A stretch of DNA of 64,000 nucleotides from Vulcanimicrobiota bacterium (GTDB lineage Bacteria > Vulcanimicrobiota > Vulcanimicrobiia > Vulcanimicrobiales > Vulcanimicrobiaceae), in assembly GCA_963795855.1 (NCBI GenBank), contig CAWCIZ010000003.1, positions 352,001 through 416,000 on the forward strand, given 5' to 3'. The translations under genes were made by a program, and so were the position numbers. Shown here piece after piece: positions 52,358 to 62,545 of this stretch. The notes beneath the pieces were generated by a model, which worked only from the letters and a program-made list of their open reading frames with translations, was not told the DNA's origin and did not search any database. The stretch's first letter is position 1. Each line of letters begins with the position of its first letter.

Positions 52358-55300
52358 TTGCGCAAACGGATCGGTGCCGTGGCGGCGGCGATGCTCATCG
52401 TACTTCTCACCCTCGCGGCGATCTATCACAACGGCGCCGTGCGCTTTGCGCTCTCATCCATCGTTCCGCTTGCGACCGGCTACGACGTCAGCGTCGACGA
52501 CGTGCGTCTGCAAGCCCATCACGGCGCACTCGTCGGCGTGCACGTCTCCCGGCACGGGCAGCGCGTGCTGGATGCCGCGCGCATTGACCTCTATTACGAT
52601 TTGCGCGAACTTCTTCCGGGAAGCAAGCACCGCTTCGGATTGACCGCTATCGCGATCGATCGCCCGCACATCACGATCGTGCACAACCAGAACGGCACGT
52701 ACAACATCGCAATCCCCAAGGCCGTAAGCGGAGGCACTCGCCGCCGCGGCGTCAACGGCGTGCCGCTCGATTTCACGGTGCGCGTTCGCGACGCGTCAGC
52801 GGCACTCATCGACGAATACCGGTTCTACAAGGAAAGCCGCCGCCAGCGCGTGGATCGCATCGACGTCGACTTGTCGATCGACTCGGCCGTAGAAACGCAC
52901 TACAAGGCGACGGGCTTTCTCGAGGATACCGGCGCTCAACCCTTTCGTATCGCCGGCACGATAAACTATGTCGACGGGTATGCGCTGCACCACGTGCACG
53001 TGCGCGCGATCCCGATTACCGCCATCGGCAACTACTTCATCAACTCGACGGCCGCGCGTATCCTCGGCGGCACGGTTCGCAACTTCGATCTGCACGCGTG
53101 GGCTTATGGCGTCGGCCCGAATTCAAACGCCGCATATCACCTCTCCGGCAGCGGCTATCTGGCTGACGGCATGATGAACGTAAAAAGCCTCGACTCACCA
53201 ATCGCGCACATCAACGGGGTCATCAACGTTTTCGACAGCGGCTTCGCCGCGCCGCGCGCGACCGCGATCGTCGGGCACATCCCGATCGTCTTTGCCGGCG
53301 GCATCTTCGACTTCGCGCATCCGCAATTCCGGCTGGGCGTGGACGGCCGCGGCGACCTGCGCAATCTGGGAGAAGTCGCCAGGTTCGCCGCTAACTTGCC
53401 GATCCACGGCGGCGTGCGCATACACGCGCTCGTCGAAGGCGACATCTCGGATCCCGTCCTGATGATCGGCTACGGCGGTAAACTGTTCAATTACGGCGCG
53501 GTTCCGATTCAAAACCCGCGCGGCGTGGTCGCGCTGTATCGAAACAAATTGATCGTGCTGCCGTTCCACGCGACGTACGACGGCATGCACCTGCACCTGC
53601 AAGGCATGCTTCAACTCGGCAAACAAGTGCAGAGCACGCTCGCGCTGCACGCAATCGGACCCTCGTCGCGAATGCCTTACCTCAGCGGCTTGGTGACCGA
53701 CCAGCCGGTCGCGACGGAAGCGCTGCTGCAAGGAACGGACGTGCTCTTCGATGCACGCGGGTACCTCGTTTCCCTGGTGCAGCCCGAAAACGTCAACGGC
53801 TTCTACGACATCAACCGCCGCGGCGTCGGCACGTTCGGCCCCATCAGCGTAAACGACGGCCGCGGCGGATCGCTCGTCGCCGGATTCAGTCTCGATCGTC
53901 CGAACGGCAACAGCGCGTTTTGGGCTTCGGTACACGGCATGCGGCTGCATCAAGCGGTGCCGCTGAAGATGCCCGGCGTGAACGTGCCCGAGCTTCCGCC
54001 GATCGACGCGCACATTGCGGAAGCGAACGTCGCCGGCGCCGGCTCCGCGCGTGGAGTCGTCATCGGCGGCTCGGTATACATGTCGCCGGCAACGATTGCC
54101 GGCGTGCCGTTCGACACCATCTCCGCGCGATTCGCCGGACCGTTTGCGGCTTCACGCATCAGCTCGGTTCATGCGGACGGCCCGTGGGGCAGTTTCGACG
54201 GCAACGGAACGTTTGCGCCGAATTTGATTGTCGCGCGCGGCGGATATTCGGGCACGTTCGAGGGCCTGCGCACGTTCCTCGGCGGATTCCCGGTGCAAGG
54301 CGCGATTAGCGGACCGATGGCGATCGCCATCGCTCAAGGCAAAATTTTCGTTCAAGCGCAAAACGCGCAGTTGCGCAACGCGAACATGCACGGCATCCCA
54401 ATCAGTGAAATTTCCGGAACGATGGCGTACGACAACGGCATCTTGCGCGTGTACTCCGCGCAGGCGCACGCCGCCGGCGGCACGGTGGTGGCGGCGGGAA
54501 GTTTCGCGACGCAGCCCAGCGCGGTTTCGACGCGTCTGACGCTCGCGACCACGACGCTCGATGCGGCGCAGGCCATGCGCGGCTTCGGCGTTCCGATCTC
54601 CGGCGGCAACCTGCGCGCGGTGGGCGGTATTGCACCCGGCAAAGCTATTCCCGACGTTGACGCGGGCGTCGTGCTGCACGGCGGACGCGCAGCGGGGTTC
54701 GGACCGTTCGCCGCGAGTTCCGAAATCGCGATTAAGGACGACGCGCTGCACGTTCGCGACACCGTTGCGGCCATCGGGCAAACGTACGCACACGTCAACG
54801 GCACCATGAGCGGCCTTGCCGGCGGCGCGCCGGCGTACGACATCGCCGCGGCCGTACCGGTCGGCGACATCGGCGCGATGTCGCAGCTCGTCACCGTGCC
54901 CACGCATAACGCCGAAGGGAGCTTCGGCGGGCAATTCGTGATTGGCGGATCCGGCGTTAATCCGCATGTGAGCGGCACGCTCGAGGTTCCCGTCGGAAGT
55001 TTAAACGGTTTGGGTTTCGCGGATGCGCGAGCCGACATCGACGCGAGCCGCACCGCCGTCGCCATCCGGCACGGCTTCGTTCGCGTCGGTTCGACGCAAG
55101 CCGATTTTTCCGCGGCGGTGAGCAAAACGGATCTGGCATTTTCGATGCGCTCGCCGCGGGCGGATCTAAGCGACTTCAACGACTACTTCGACACGGGTGA
55201 CACGCTCGCGGGAACGGGCGCCGTTGCCGTGTCTTTCTCGCACTTCGATCGCTTGACGTACACGTCGGGAGACGTTGACATTCAGGGCTTCCGCTACCGG

Positions 55301-57598
55301 CGCTTTCCGATCGGCGACACGATGGCGGACTGGGCAAGCTTACGCAACGTCGTGCAGGGCAACGTGAACATCGGCGGCGAGCACGGCCGGCTGCGTGCCG
55401 CGGGCACCGTCGCCCTTTCGCCCGCCTCGCAGCTCGCGAAGCTGATCGTGGGATCGCGGTACGACATCCGCGGTACGCTCAGCGACTTCGATCTCACGAC
55501 CTGGCTTCCGGCGCTCGGTTTCGCGCAACTGCCGATTACCGGCCGTATCGACGGAACCGCGCAAGTTCGCGGCTCCTACCCGCACATCGGCGTGAGCGGG
55601 AACGCGTCGCTGCAGAACGGCACGGTCGGTCCGGTCGCCATTGAAAAAGCGCAGCTGACCGCGCATTCGGCGGCGCACGATCGCATCGACGTCACGAACG
55701 TGCTCGTGACGCTTCCTGCGCTGCAGGCGACGGGCAGCGGCAGTTTCGGACTTTCGGCCGCCGCACCCATGAACTTCCAAGTGCATGCGGTTACCGACGA
55801 TCTTCCGCGTCTGGTAGCGCAGGTTTCGAAAAAGAGTTTCGACGTGCGCGGTCACATCGAATCGACGCTCTCGGTGGAAGGTTCGTTCGGCGCGCCGCGC
55901 GTTTCCGCCGGCGTCGACGCGTCGAATCTCGACGTCTATGGGTTGAGCATCCCGTCGTTCGTCGGGATGGTGCAACTACACCGCAGCAGCATCGTGGTTC
56001 GAAATGCCGAACTCGGGCTGGCGCATGGGCGCGTGACGATTGCCGGATCTCTGCCGCTGCAGATGCGGCCGTTCTCGTTCGGCCCCGCGAGCGCGCCGAT
56101 TGCAATGGACGTGAGCGCGAGCGACGTCGACCTCACGCCGTTCGGGGCGCTGCTGGGAAACGGCACGAAGATCGGCGGAGTCCTGACCGGACATCTGGGC
56201 GTTTCCGGTACCGCCGGCAATCCGCGGATGTTCGGGCAAGTTTCCGCGAGCGGCGCGACTTACGTGAGCGCGCTCGAAGTTACGCCGATTACGCAAACCG
56301 TCGCGCAGCTCACCTTCGAAGGCACGCATGCGACGCTGGACCGCGTCCATGCGGTGCTCGGGCGCGGCACGATCGACGGCAGCGGTTCGCTCAACTTCGG
56401 CGGCGGAATCAGTGGCGGACCGCTCGGCTACGCGCTCGCACTGCGCGCGCGCGGCGCGCAGATCTCGATGCCGCTTTTCGGATCGGGAACGTTCGATTCG
56501 ACGATTTCGCTCGACCGCACGCCGGGACGCCTCGCGTTGCTCAAAGGCAACGCCGCCTTGAGCGATACCGTGATTTCCTTTAACTCGCTGCTCGCGCTCG
56601 GCGGCGGAACGCCGGGAAGCAAGAGCGCGGGGCCGCCGTTCAATCTTGCGTTCGATTTGGGCGTCACGGCCGGACGGAACGTGCACGTTCGCAGCGGAGG
56701 CGTCGGGCTCTTCGGTCTCGACATTTCGGGCCAGGGCCACGCGCATCTCGGCGGCACGCTGCAGAAGCCGACGATGTCCGGGCAGTTCAACTCGGCGGGC
56801 GGTACGCTGACGCTCATCGACCGCGCCTTCAAAGTACAGGAAGGGCGCGTGACCTTCAATCCGGCGAACGGAGCGTTGCCGGACATCTACGCCGTCGCAA
56901 CGACGACTGTCACCAATCCGGATCCCAACACGCAGCGGAACCCCACCGGAAGCACGCAGGTCACCGCGAGGGTTTCCGGCACCGTGCCCCAGGTCAACAT
57001 CGACCTCAGTTCGAGCCCGGGCGGCTATACCAAAGAGCAACTGATCGCACTGCTTCTGCCGCTGAACTCGCTGGCGGGTCCCATCCAGTTCACGGATACC
57101 GGCGTTATCCTCTCGCAAGGGCAGCTCGCCGGCGCGCCGGCGCCCGGCACCGGGGCGGCGCTGCCGAATATCTTCGAAGTCCGGCAGAACGGCACGGTGA
57201 CGATCGGACAGGAAGCCTTCAGCATTCTCAACGCGCAATTTGCGAGCGGGTTGCTCGCACCGTTGGAAACGGCGCTCAGCAGCACGCTCGGCCTTTCGGA
57301 CGTGAACCTGACCGTCGATTACGGAGGCAATCTCGGCATCAGTTTGCGCCGCCCGTTGTCCGGCGACTTTTACGCGGTATACGGAACCACGTTCGGCGTG
57401 CCGATTCGACAGACGTACGGCTTCGCTTACCAGCCCAACGCCTTCACGTCTGCGCAATTCACGATGTTTTTCCAGCAGGGGCCGACGCCGCTGTTCCTGA
57501 GTCCCGGGCAAGTGCTCTCGACGAATTCGCGCGCTACCGCCGGACAGGCGGTCCAGGGAACCAGCGGCTTCACCTTCCTGTTCCAACGGCTGTTTTAG
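52358..57598 (+). CDS. tamB: TamB/AsmA-like translocation and assembly protein (1746 aa)
   Basis: N-terminal TM anchor, long Gly-rich beta-strand repeats, DUF490-like C-terminus (LSSSPGGYTKEQLIALL); upstream of bamA. Confidence 0.78.
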   Translation: MRKRIGAVAAAMLIVLLTLAAIYHNGAVRFALSSIVPLATGYDVSVDDVRLQAHHGALVGVHVSRHGQRVLDAARIDLYYDLRELLPGSKHRFGLTAIAIDRPHITIVHNQNGTYNIAIPKAVSGGTRRRGVNGVPLDFTVRVRDASAALIDEYRFYKESRRQRVDRIDVDLSIDSAVETHYKATGFLEDTGAQPFRIAGTINYVDGYALHHVHVRAIPITAIGNYFINSTAARILGGTVRNFDLHAWAYGVGPNSNAAYHLSGSGYLADGMMNVKSLDSPIAHINGVINVFDSGFAAPRATAIVGHIPIVFAGGIFDFAHPQFRLGVDGRGDLRNLGEVARFAANLPIHGGVRIHALVEGDISDPVLMIGYGGKLFNYGAVPIQNPRGVVALYRNKLIVLPFHATYDGMHLHLQGMLQLGKQVQSTLALHAIGPSSRMPYLSGLVTDQPVATEALLQGTDVLFDARGYLVSLVQPENVNGFYDINRRGVGTFGPISVNDGRGGSLVAGFSLDRPNGNSAFWASVHGMRLHQAVPLKMPGVNVPELPPIDAHIAEANVAGAGSARGVVIGGSVYMSPATIAGVPFDTISARFAGPFAASRISSVHADGPWGSFDGNGTFAPNLIVARGGYSGTFEGLRTFLGGFPVQGAISGPMAIAIAQGKIFVQAQNAQLRNANMHGIPISEISGTMAYDNGILRVYSAQAHAAGGTVVAAGSFATQPSAVSTRLTLATTTLDAAQAMRGFGVPISGGNLRAVGGIAPGKAIPDVDAGVVLHGGRAAGFGPFAASSEIAIKDDALHVRDTVAAIGQTYAHVNGTMSGLAGGAPAYDIAAAVPVGDIGAMSQLVTVPTHNAEGSFGGQFVIGGSGVNPHVSGTLEVPVGSLNGLGFADARADIDASRTAVAIRHGFVRVGSTQADFSAAVSKTDLAFSMRSPRADLSDFNDYFDTGDTLAGTGAVAVSFSHFDRLTYTSGDVDIQGFRYRRFPIGDTMADWASLRNVVQGNVNIGGEHGRLRAAGTVALSPASQLAKLIVGSRYDIRGTLSDFDLTTWLPALGFAQLPITGRIDGTAQVRGSYPHIGVSGNASLQNGTVGPVAIEKAQLTAHSAAHDRIDVTNVLVTLPALQATGSGSFGLSAAAPMNFQVHAVTDDLPRLVAQVSKKSFDVRGHIESTLSVEGSFGAPRVSAGVDASNLDVYGLSIPSFVGMVQLHRSSIVVRNAELGLAHGRVTIAGSLPLQMRPFSFGPASAPIAMDVSASDVDLTPFGALLGNGTKIGGVLTGHLGVSGTAGNPRMFGQVSASGATYVSALEVTPITQTVAQLTFEGTHATLDRVHAVLGRGTIDGSGSLNFGGGISGGPLGYALALRARGAQISMPLFGSGTFDSTISLDRTPGRLALLKGNAALSDTVISFNSLLALGGGTPGSKSAGPPFNLAFDLGVTAGRNVHVRSGGVGLFGLDISGQGHAHLGGTLQKPTMSGQFNSAGGTLTLIDRAFKVQEGRVTFNPANGALPDIYAVATTTVTNPDPNTQRNPTGSTQVTARVSGTVPQVNIDLSSSPGGYTKEQLIALLLPLNSLAGPIQFTDTGVILSQGQLAGAPAPGTGAALPNIFEVRQNGTVTIGQEAFSILNAQFASGLLAPLETALSSTLGLSDVNLTVDYGGNLGISLRRPLSGDFYAVYGTTFGVPIRQTYGFAYQPNAFTSAQFTMFFQQGPTPLFLSPGQVLSTNSRATAGQAVQGTSGFTFLFQRLF

Positions 57599-57744
57599 CA
57601 GCACAATGCCCAGGCAAGGACACCTCGGCACCATCGCGAACAGGCGGTGCGGGTCGAAACGAAACACTGCGCTCGTGCGGCGCGTTACAGTCCTAACGCC
57701 ACCAGCGTTGGAGCGATCGAACTCTCAAGGGAAAGAATTTTTTG

Positions 57745-60033
57745 ATGACCTCAAGCCTCTGGCGTGCGCGCGGCGCGCTCCACCGGTGTGCGGGCCTGGT
57801 CCTGGCACTTGCTTCCATCTTGATGCTGATTTCACCGGGCACCGCGCGCTCCGCGACGGCTCCGAAAATCGTGTCGGTGGACGTGTCGGGCAACGTGCAT
57901 GTCCCCACGCAAACGATCATGGCGGTCGTGCAAGCGCGTCCCGGGCAACCGTACAATCAGCAGGTGGTACAGGCGGACCTGCAGCGGATTTTCGCGCTGG
58001 GCTATTTCGCCGACCAAGCGGCGCCGCTCATACGCCAGCGCCCGGGCGGCATTGCGATCACCTACCGCGTGATCGAGAACCCCGTCATAACGAAGATTTT
58101 GTTCAGCGGCAACCAGCACGTCCCGGCGGACACGCTGCTCGCGCTGATGGATACATCGGTCGGCCAGGTGCTCAACATGAACACGCTGCGCAACGATTTC
58201 TTGAAGATCAATTCGTACTACGAACGCATCGGCTACAGCGGCCAGATCGCCTCGCACGTCAAGAACTTGAGCATCGATCCGAAGACCAATGCGCTGACCA
58301 TCGACATTCGCGAGGGCCTGACCATTACGAACGTGACGGTCACGGGCGATCCGTTGCTGCCGGAGACGGTGATTCTTCCGGTTCTCAGCGCGCAAAAAGG
58401 CCAAGAGTTCTCGCAGCAGATGGAAGACGCGGATTACAACGCCGTGCAGAAGCTGTACGACAAGTACAACCTGATCGTCGGAAACGGCTTTAGCGAGGGC
58501 ATCGATCCGACGACCGTCGACCAAAACGCCGGCACTGCGCAGGTCAAGGTCAACATCTACGTTGCGCGTGTCGGACTCGTGCAGATCACCGGCAACACCA
58601 AGACCAAAGACCAGGTCATCCGGCGCCAACTCGGAGAGCGTCCGGGCATGATTTTGACGAAGACCGGCGTGCAGCGCGATCTCGAACGCCTGAACAATAC
58701 CGGCTTCTTTTCAAAAGTAGACGTGAATCCCAAAGCGTGCCCCGAAGAGATGAGCAAGAAAGACCCGGGCTGCGTCACGCTGCAATGGATCGTCACGGAG
58801 CAGAAAACCGCTTCCGCGTCAGTCGGCGCGGGATACTCCGGCGGTCTAACGGGTCAAGGCCTGTACGGCACCATCGGCTATCAGGACAATAACCTGCACG
58901 GCACCGGCAACGCCGTCTCACTGCAAATTGAGCGCGGCGCGCGCAGCTACGTTACGCAGGCGCAAGTCTCGGTCCCATACGTTGGAAGCACGGTACAATC
59001 GCAGAAGTGGAGCCTCGGCGGATCGATCTTCACCAACGGCTACACCTACTTCTATCCGGTATATACGACTGCGGTAGGCGCGGGCGCGATTCCGTCTCCG
59101 GCCCCGGGTGCATCGCCGGTTCCGATTCCCGTCACGCTGCTGCCGAGCGGAAACGCGCAAATTCTCAACGGCCTCGTTTCGACCAGCACCGCGAAGTCAG
59201 CAGGCGTGAACCTGAGCGTTGGACGCCGGCTTTCGGATTACATTACCGCGACCGTGCTCACCGCCGTCGAGAACGTGACGAACAGCACGACGGTGCCGTC
59301 GCCGTACTATTTCCAGAGCGCGCAGCCCAATATCGTCGTCGGCCCGACGCCCGGACCACTGAACAATTTGAACAACTCGACCGGCAGTTTCGGTATCGTC
59401 GCGACGTCGATTGCCAACATCAATACGGGAACTCCGTACCGGCTGAATCAGGTGACGTTCGGACTGGGCACCAATCCGGCAACGATGCTCGACGACATCT
59501 TCAATCCGCGCCACGGTGAAACTGCCTCGCTCAGCGAGACGGTTTCCACGCCGTCGATCGGGTCGAACTTCAGCTTCACGCAAACCACGCTCGACCTCGC
59601 GAAGTTTTTGCCGATCCTCAAAGATTCGACGCTCGCATTGCACGGGCAAGGCCGCACGTCGACGGGAGCGATTCCGCCGAGCAATCTGTACACGTTTTCC
59701 GATCAGCAGCTGCGCGGCTATGACAGCGTCTTCTACGGAACCGATACAATGCTCGGACAGATCGAACTTCGCAAGCCGCTGACCGCGGATCGCAAATTCG
59801 GCATCGCGCTCTTCGCCGATGAAGGCGGCTATCGCGTGCGCGGAGCGCAACCGCTGCTCGATCCGTACACCAACCGCATCATCGGCTACCCGAACCAATG
59901 GTCGTGGCGCGGTGATTACGGCATCGGCCTGCGATTCGACGTGCCGCAGTTGGGCTTGCACACGATCCGCATCGATTTTGCCAAGGGCTCAAACGGAACG
60001 CATACCAGCTTCGGCATCGGCCAAAGCTTCTAG
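57745..60033 (+). CDS. bamA: Outer membrane protein assembly factor BamA (Omp85), three POTRA domains
   Basis: POTRA motifs (SGNVHV..DLQRIFALGYF; GNTKTKDQVIRR..LNNTGFF), QLRGY, C-terminal FGIGQSF. Confidence 0.85.
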   Translation: MTSSLWRARGALHRCAGLVLALASILMLISPGTARSATAPKIVSVDVSGNVHVPTQTIMAVVQARPGQPYNQQVVQADLQRIFALGYFADQAAPLIRQRPGGIAITYRVIENPVITKILFSGNQHVPADTLLALMDTSVGQVLNMNTLRNDFLKINSYYERIGYSGQIASHVKNLSIDPKTNALTIDIREGLTITNVTVTGDPLLPETVILPVLSAQKGQEFSQQMEDADYNAVQKLYDKYNLIVGNGFSEGIDPTTVDQNAGTAQVKVNIYVARVGLVQITGNTKTKDQVIRRQLGERPGMILTKTGVQRDLERLNNTGFFSKVDVNPKACPEEMSKKDPGCVTLQWIVTEQKTASASVGAGYSGGLTGQGLYGTIGYQDNNLHGTGNAVSLQIERGARSYVTQAQVSVPYVGSTVQSQKWSLGGSIFTNGYTYFYPVYTTAVGAGAIPSPAPGASPVPIPVTLLPSGNAQILNGLVSTSTAKSAGVNLSVGRRLSDYITATVLTAVENVTNSTTVPSPYYFQSAQPNIVVGPTPGPLNNLNNSTGSFGIVATSIANINTGTPYRLNQVTFGLGTNPATMLDDIFNPRHGETASLSETVSTPSIGSNFSFTQTTLDLAKFLPILKDSTLALHGQGRTSTGAIPPSNLYTFSDQQLRGYDSVFYGTDTMLGQIELRKPLTADRKFGIALFADEGGYRVRGAQPLLDPYTNRIIGYPNQWSWRGDYGIGLRFDVPQLGLHTIRIDFAKGSNGTHTSFGIGQSF

Positions 60034-60039
60034 AGGAAA

Positions 60040-60847
60040 ATGAATATTCGCAAAGTCACTCGTTTGCTGGCCGTCGCGCTCGTCCTGACGTTCGTCGCGG
60101 CGCCGGCCGCCATTGCCGCCGATCTGACCGACGTTGGATTCATCGATCAGGCGGCGATCGGATCGCTTCCGCAATTTCAAAGTGCAAACGCGCAGGTCGC
60201 GAAGTACAAGTCGCAGCTCGATCCGCAGTTCGCCGCGGCGATGAAGCGCGCCAAATCACCTTCCGACCAACAGCGCGTGCAATCCGACTTTCAGCAGCGT
60301 TTCGTGAACGAACAGCGCCAGGTGCTCGGGCCGCTGTTCGGCCGCGCGCAAGCCGCCATCGCTCAAGTCGAGCTCCAACCGGCGCTTGTCGGTGATCGTC
60401 GACCGGCGCATCGTCGTTTACGGCGGTCAGGACATCACCAAAGACGTCATCGATCTCATCAACGGCCCCGGACAAGTCGTGCCGCCCGCGTCGGCGCCGG
60501 CGACGTCTTCAATCGGCTTCGTCGATCAGAGCCAGATCGATCAAGTTCCGAAGATCAAGAACGCAAACGATGGCTTCAATACGTGGGCGAACGATCAGCG
60601 CACCGCGGCGCTCAAGCAGATGCAAGGCGCCAAGAACGATCCCAAGAAGCAGCAGCAGATTTTTCAAAACTACCAGAAGACGCTGACGGCACAACAGGAG
60701 AAAGTGCTCAAACCGCTCGTCGATCAGACGCGCGACGCAATGGCGAAGGTCGCCGGTCAAAAGCACCTGATTCTCGTCGTCGATCGCTCGGACGTCATCT
60801 ACGGGGGCACGGACATCACCAAGGATGTCCAAAATGCGCTTCAGTAA
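60040..60847 (+). CDS. Skp/OmpH-family chaperone with two tandem OmpH domains (apparent frameshift near 60375)
   Basis: Signal peptide; VGFIDQ...YGGQDITKDV and IGFVDQ...YGGTDITKDV. Confidence 0.8.
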
Positions 60848-62134
60848 GGCGGCGGCGCTTTTGCTGGCCACGCTCGCGCTCGGTGCCTGCGCGCACCAAC
60901 TCAAACCGGACGATCCGAACGTGCGCGGTATCGGCTACGTGCGCGTCGAGGACGTGATCAAGAAGCACCCGCTGTATCCGCAGCTGGCGCAGCTGCAGGA
61001 TTCCATCGACGCGCTGAACCTGAAATCGCTCGGCGCTGCGGCGGTTCCTCGAACTGCCGCGCAAATCGCCTCCGAAACGCGAGAATTGAACCGCGAGTTG
61101 AAACAGGCGCAGGATCGCGCGAATGCGATCCTCCGGCAGAAGCAGGCGGATTACGGACAGCGCGAACAGGCGGCGATTCGAGCGGCGCTCGCGGCTGCGG
61201 ACCAAGGCACGAACGGCAACGCGCCCGTCTCCGCGATGCAGAACGTGAGCGCGCAGCAAGCGCAGCAAGTCACGGCGCAGGCGAATGCGGATTTTCAAGC
61301 CTACCAGCAGAGCGTCATCGCACAGGACAACGCCGCGGTTCGTCAGATCAGCGGTCAACTCAGCGCGCGCGCGGATGCGGCATACCGCCAAAAGGCAACG
61401 CAGCTTCAAGAGAAGGAATCGCAGCTCGGGCTCGAGCTCTCGCAGCGCGACGCACCTCAGCGTCTGGACCTGCGGATGAAACTCGGCAATCTGGCGCTCT
61501 CCGATGCGCAGCGCAAGCAGTACCGCGATCAGACTCTCTGCGCTCGACACGCAGGAGGCGGCGGCCGTCGACGCGCAGCGCAAGCGCGATCAGCAAGAAC
61601 TCGCGGCGTATCAAAAGCAACTGCGGGCGCACACCGCCTCGCAAATCGCCGCCCAGGTTGGCAAGATACGCGGTGAGACGCAAGCCAAACTGCAGAGTCG
61701 CCGAAACGAGGTGAGTCAGCAGGTCAGCTCGCAGCTGCAAGGCTTGCGCCCTGCGGCTATCCCGACGAACCTTCCTGCGGCAACTCGCGACAAACTCGCA
61801 TCGATAGACAAACAGTTCAAATCGCAGTTTCAGGCGGACGCCCAAAAGACCATCGACCAATACCAGCAAACGAAATCCGATCTGGACGCGCAATACGCTT
61901 CGCTGCAGGGCGCAGACGGCGCCGCCACCGGGACGGCCAACAAGCAACTTTCGGAGACTTCAGCGGCAGCGCGACGATCTGTACTCCAAAATGGTGGACC
62001 AAGTGAAACGTGATGCCGGAACGGTTGCGGCAAAACGGGGATTGCAAGTAGTCTTCATCAGCGTAGTCGCCGCGCCCGGCGGCATTGACCTGACCGACGA
62101 CGTGGAAAAGGACATCGAGAGCTTACATCAGTGA
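60834..62134 (+). CDS. Long coiled-coil OmpH-like lipoprotein (apparent frameshifts near 61530 and 61955)
   Basis: Lipobox LGAC; IGYVRVEDVIKKHP; Gln/Ala-rich coiled coil; C-terminal AAKRGLQVVF...GIDLTDDV. Confidence 0.7.
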
Positions 62135-62538
62135 AAAAAAGCATCGTCATCATGGCCGCGCTAGCGGCTCTTACGCTGACCGCATGCGGTCAATCCAGTC
62201 CCGTCGGGCTGCTCGACGTACAGCGGCTTACGGCGAACTGGCCACAGTACAACAACGTGCAGAATCAACTGCTCGCGGATCAGCGCGCCATCGAAACCGG
62301 CAGCGGCTCGATGCAGCAGAAACGCAAGCAGGCCGCGCAGCTGCAAGCCAAATATGCAGCGCTGTCCAATCAGCTGGTTTCTCAAATCAAAGATGCCGCC
62401 GCCAAAGTGGCGCAGCAGAAGAGTTTGAAACTCGTGTTGACGCGCGAATTCATCGGATACGGCGGAACCGACATCACCGGCGACGTCGAAAAGCAGATGG
62501 GCATAACGGAATCCGCATCGCCCAGCCCGAGCCCGTAA
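62131..62538 (+). CDS. Short OmpH/Skp-like lipoprotein
   Basis: Lipobox LTAC; VGLLDV; VAQQKSLKLVL...YGGTDITGDV. Confidence 0.75.
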   Translation: MKKSIVIMAALAALTLTACGQSSPVGLLDVQRLTANWPQYNNVQNQLLADQRAIETGSGSMQQKRKQAAQLQAKYAALSNQLVSQIKDAAAKVAQQKSLKLVLTREFIGYGGTDITGDVEKQMGITESASPSPSP

Positions 62539-62545
62539 GGCCGCG

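Noticed and set aside
50764..52410. Long antisense ORFs (for example 548 aa opposite gyrB, 563 aa opposite tamB, 537 aa opposite smc)
   Set aside because: Shadow ORFs expected from GC-rich codon bias; no recognisable motifs.
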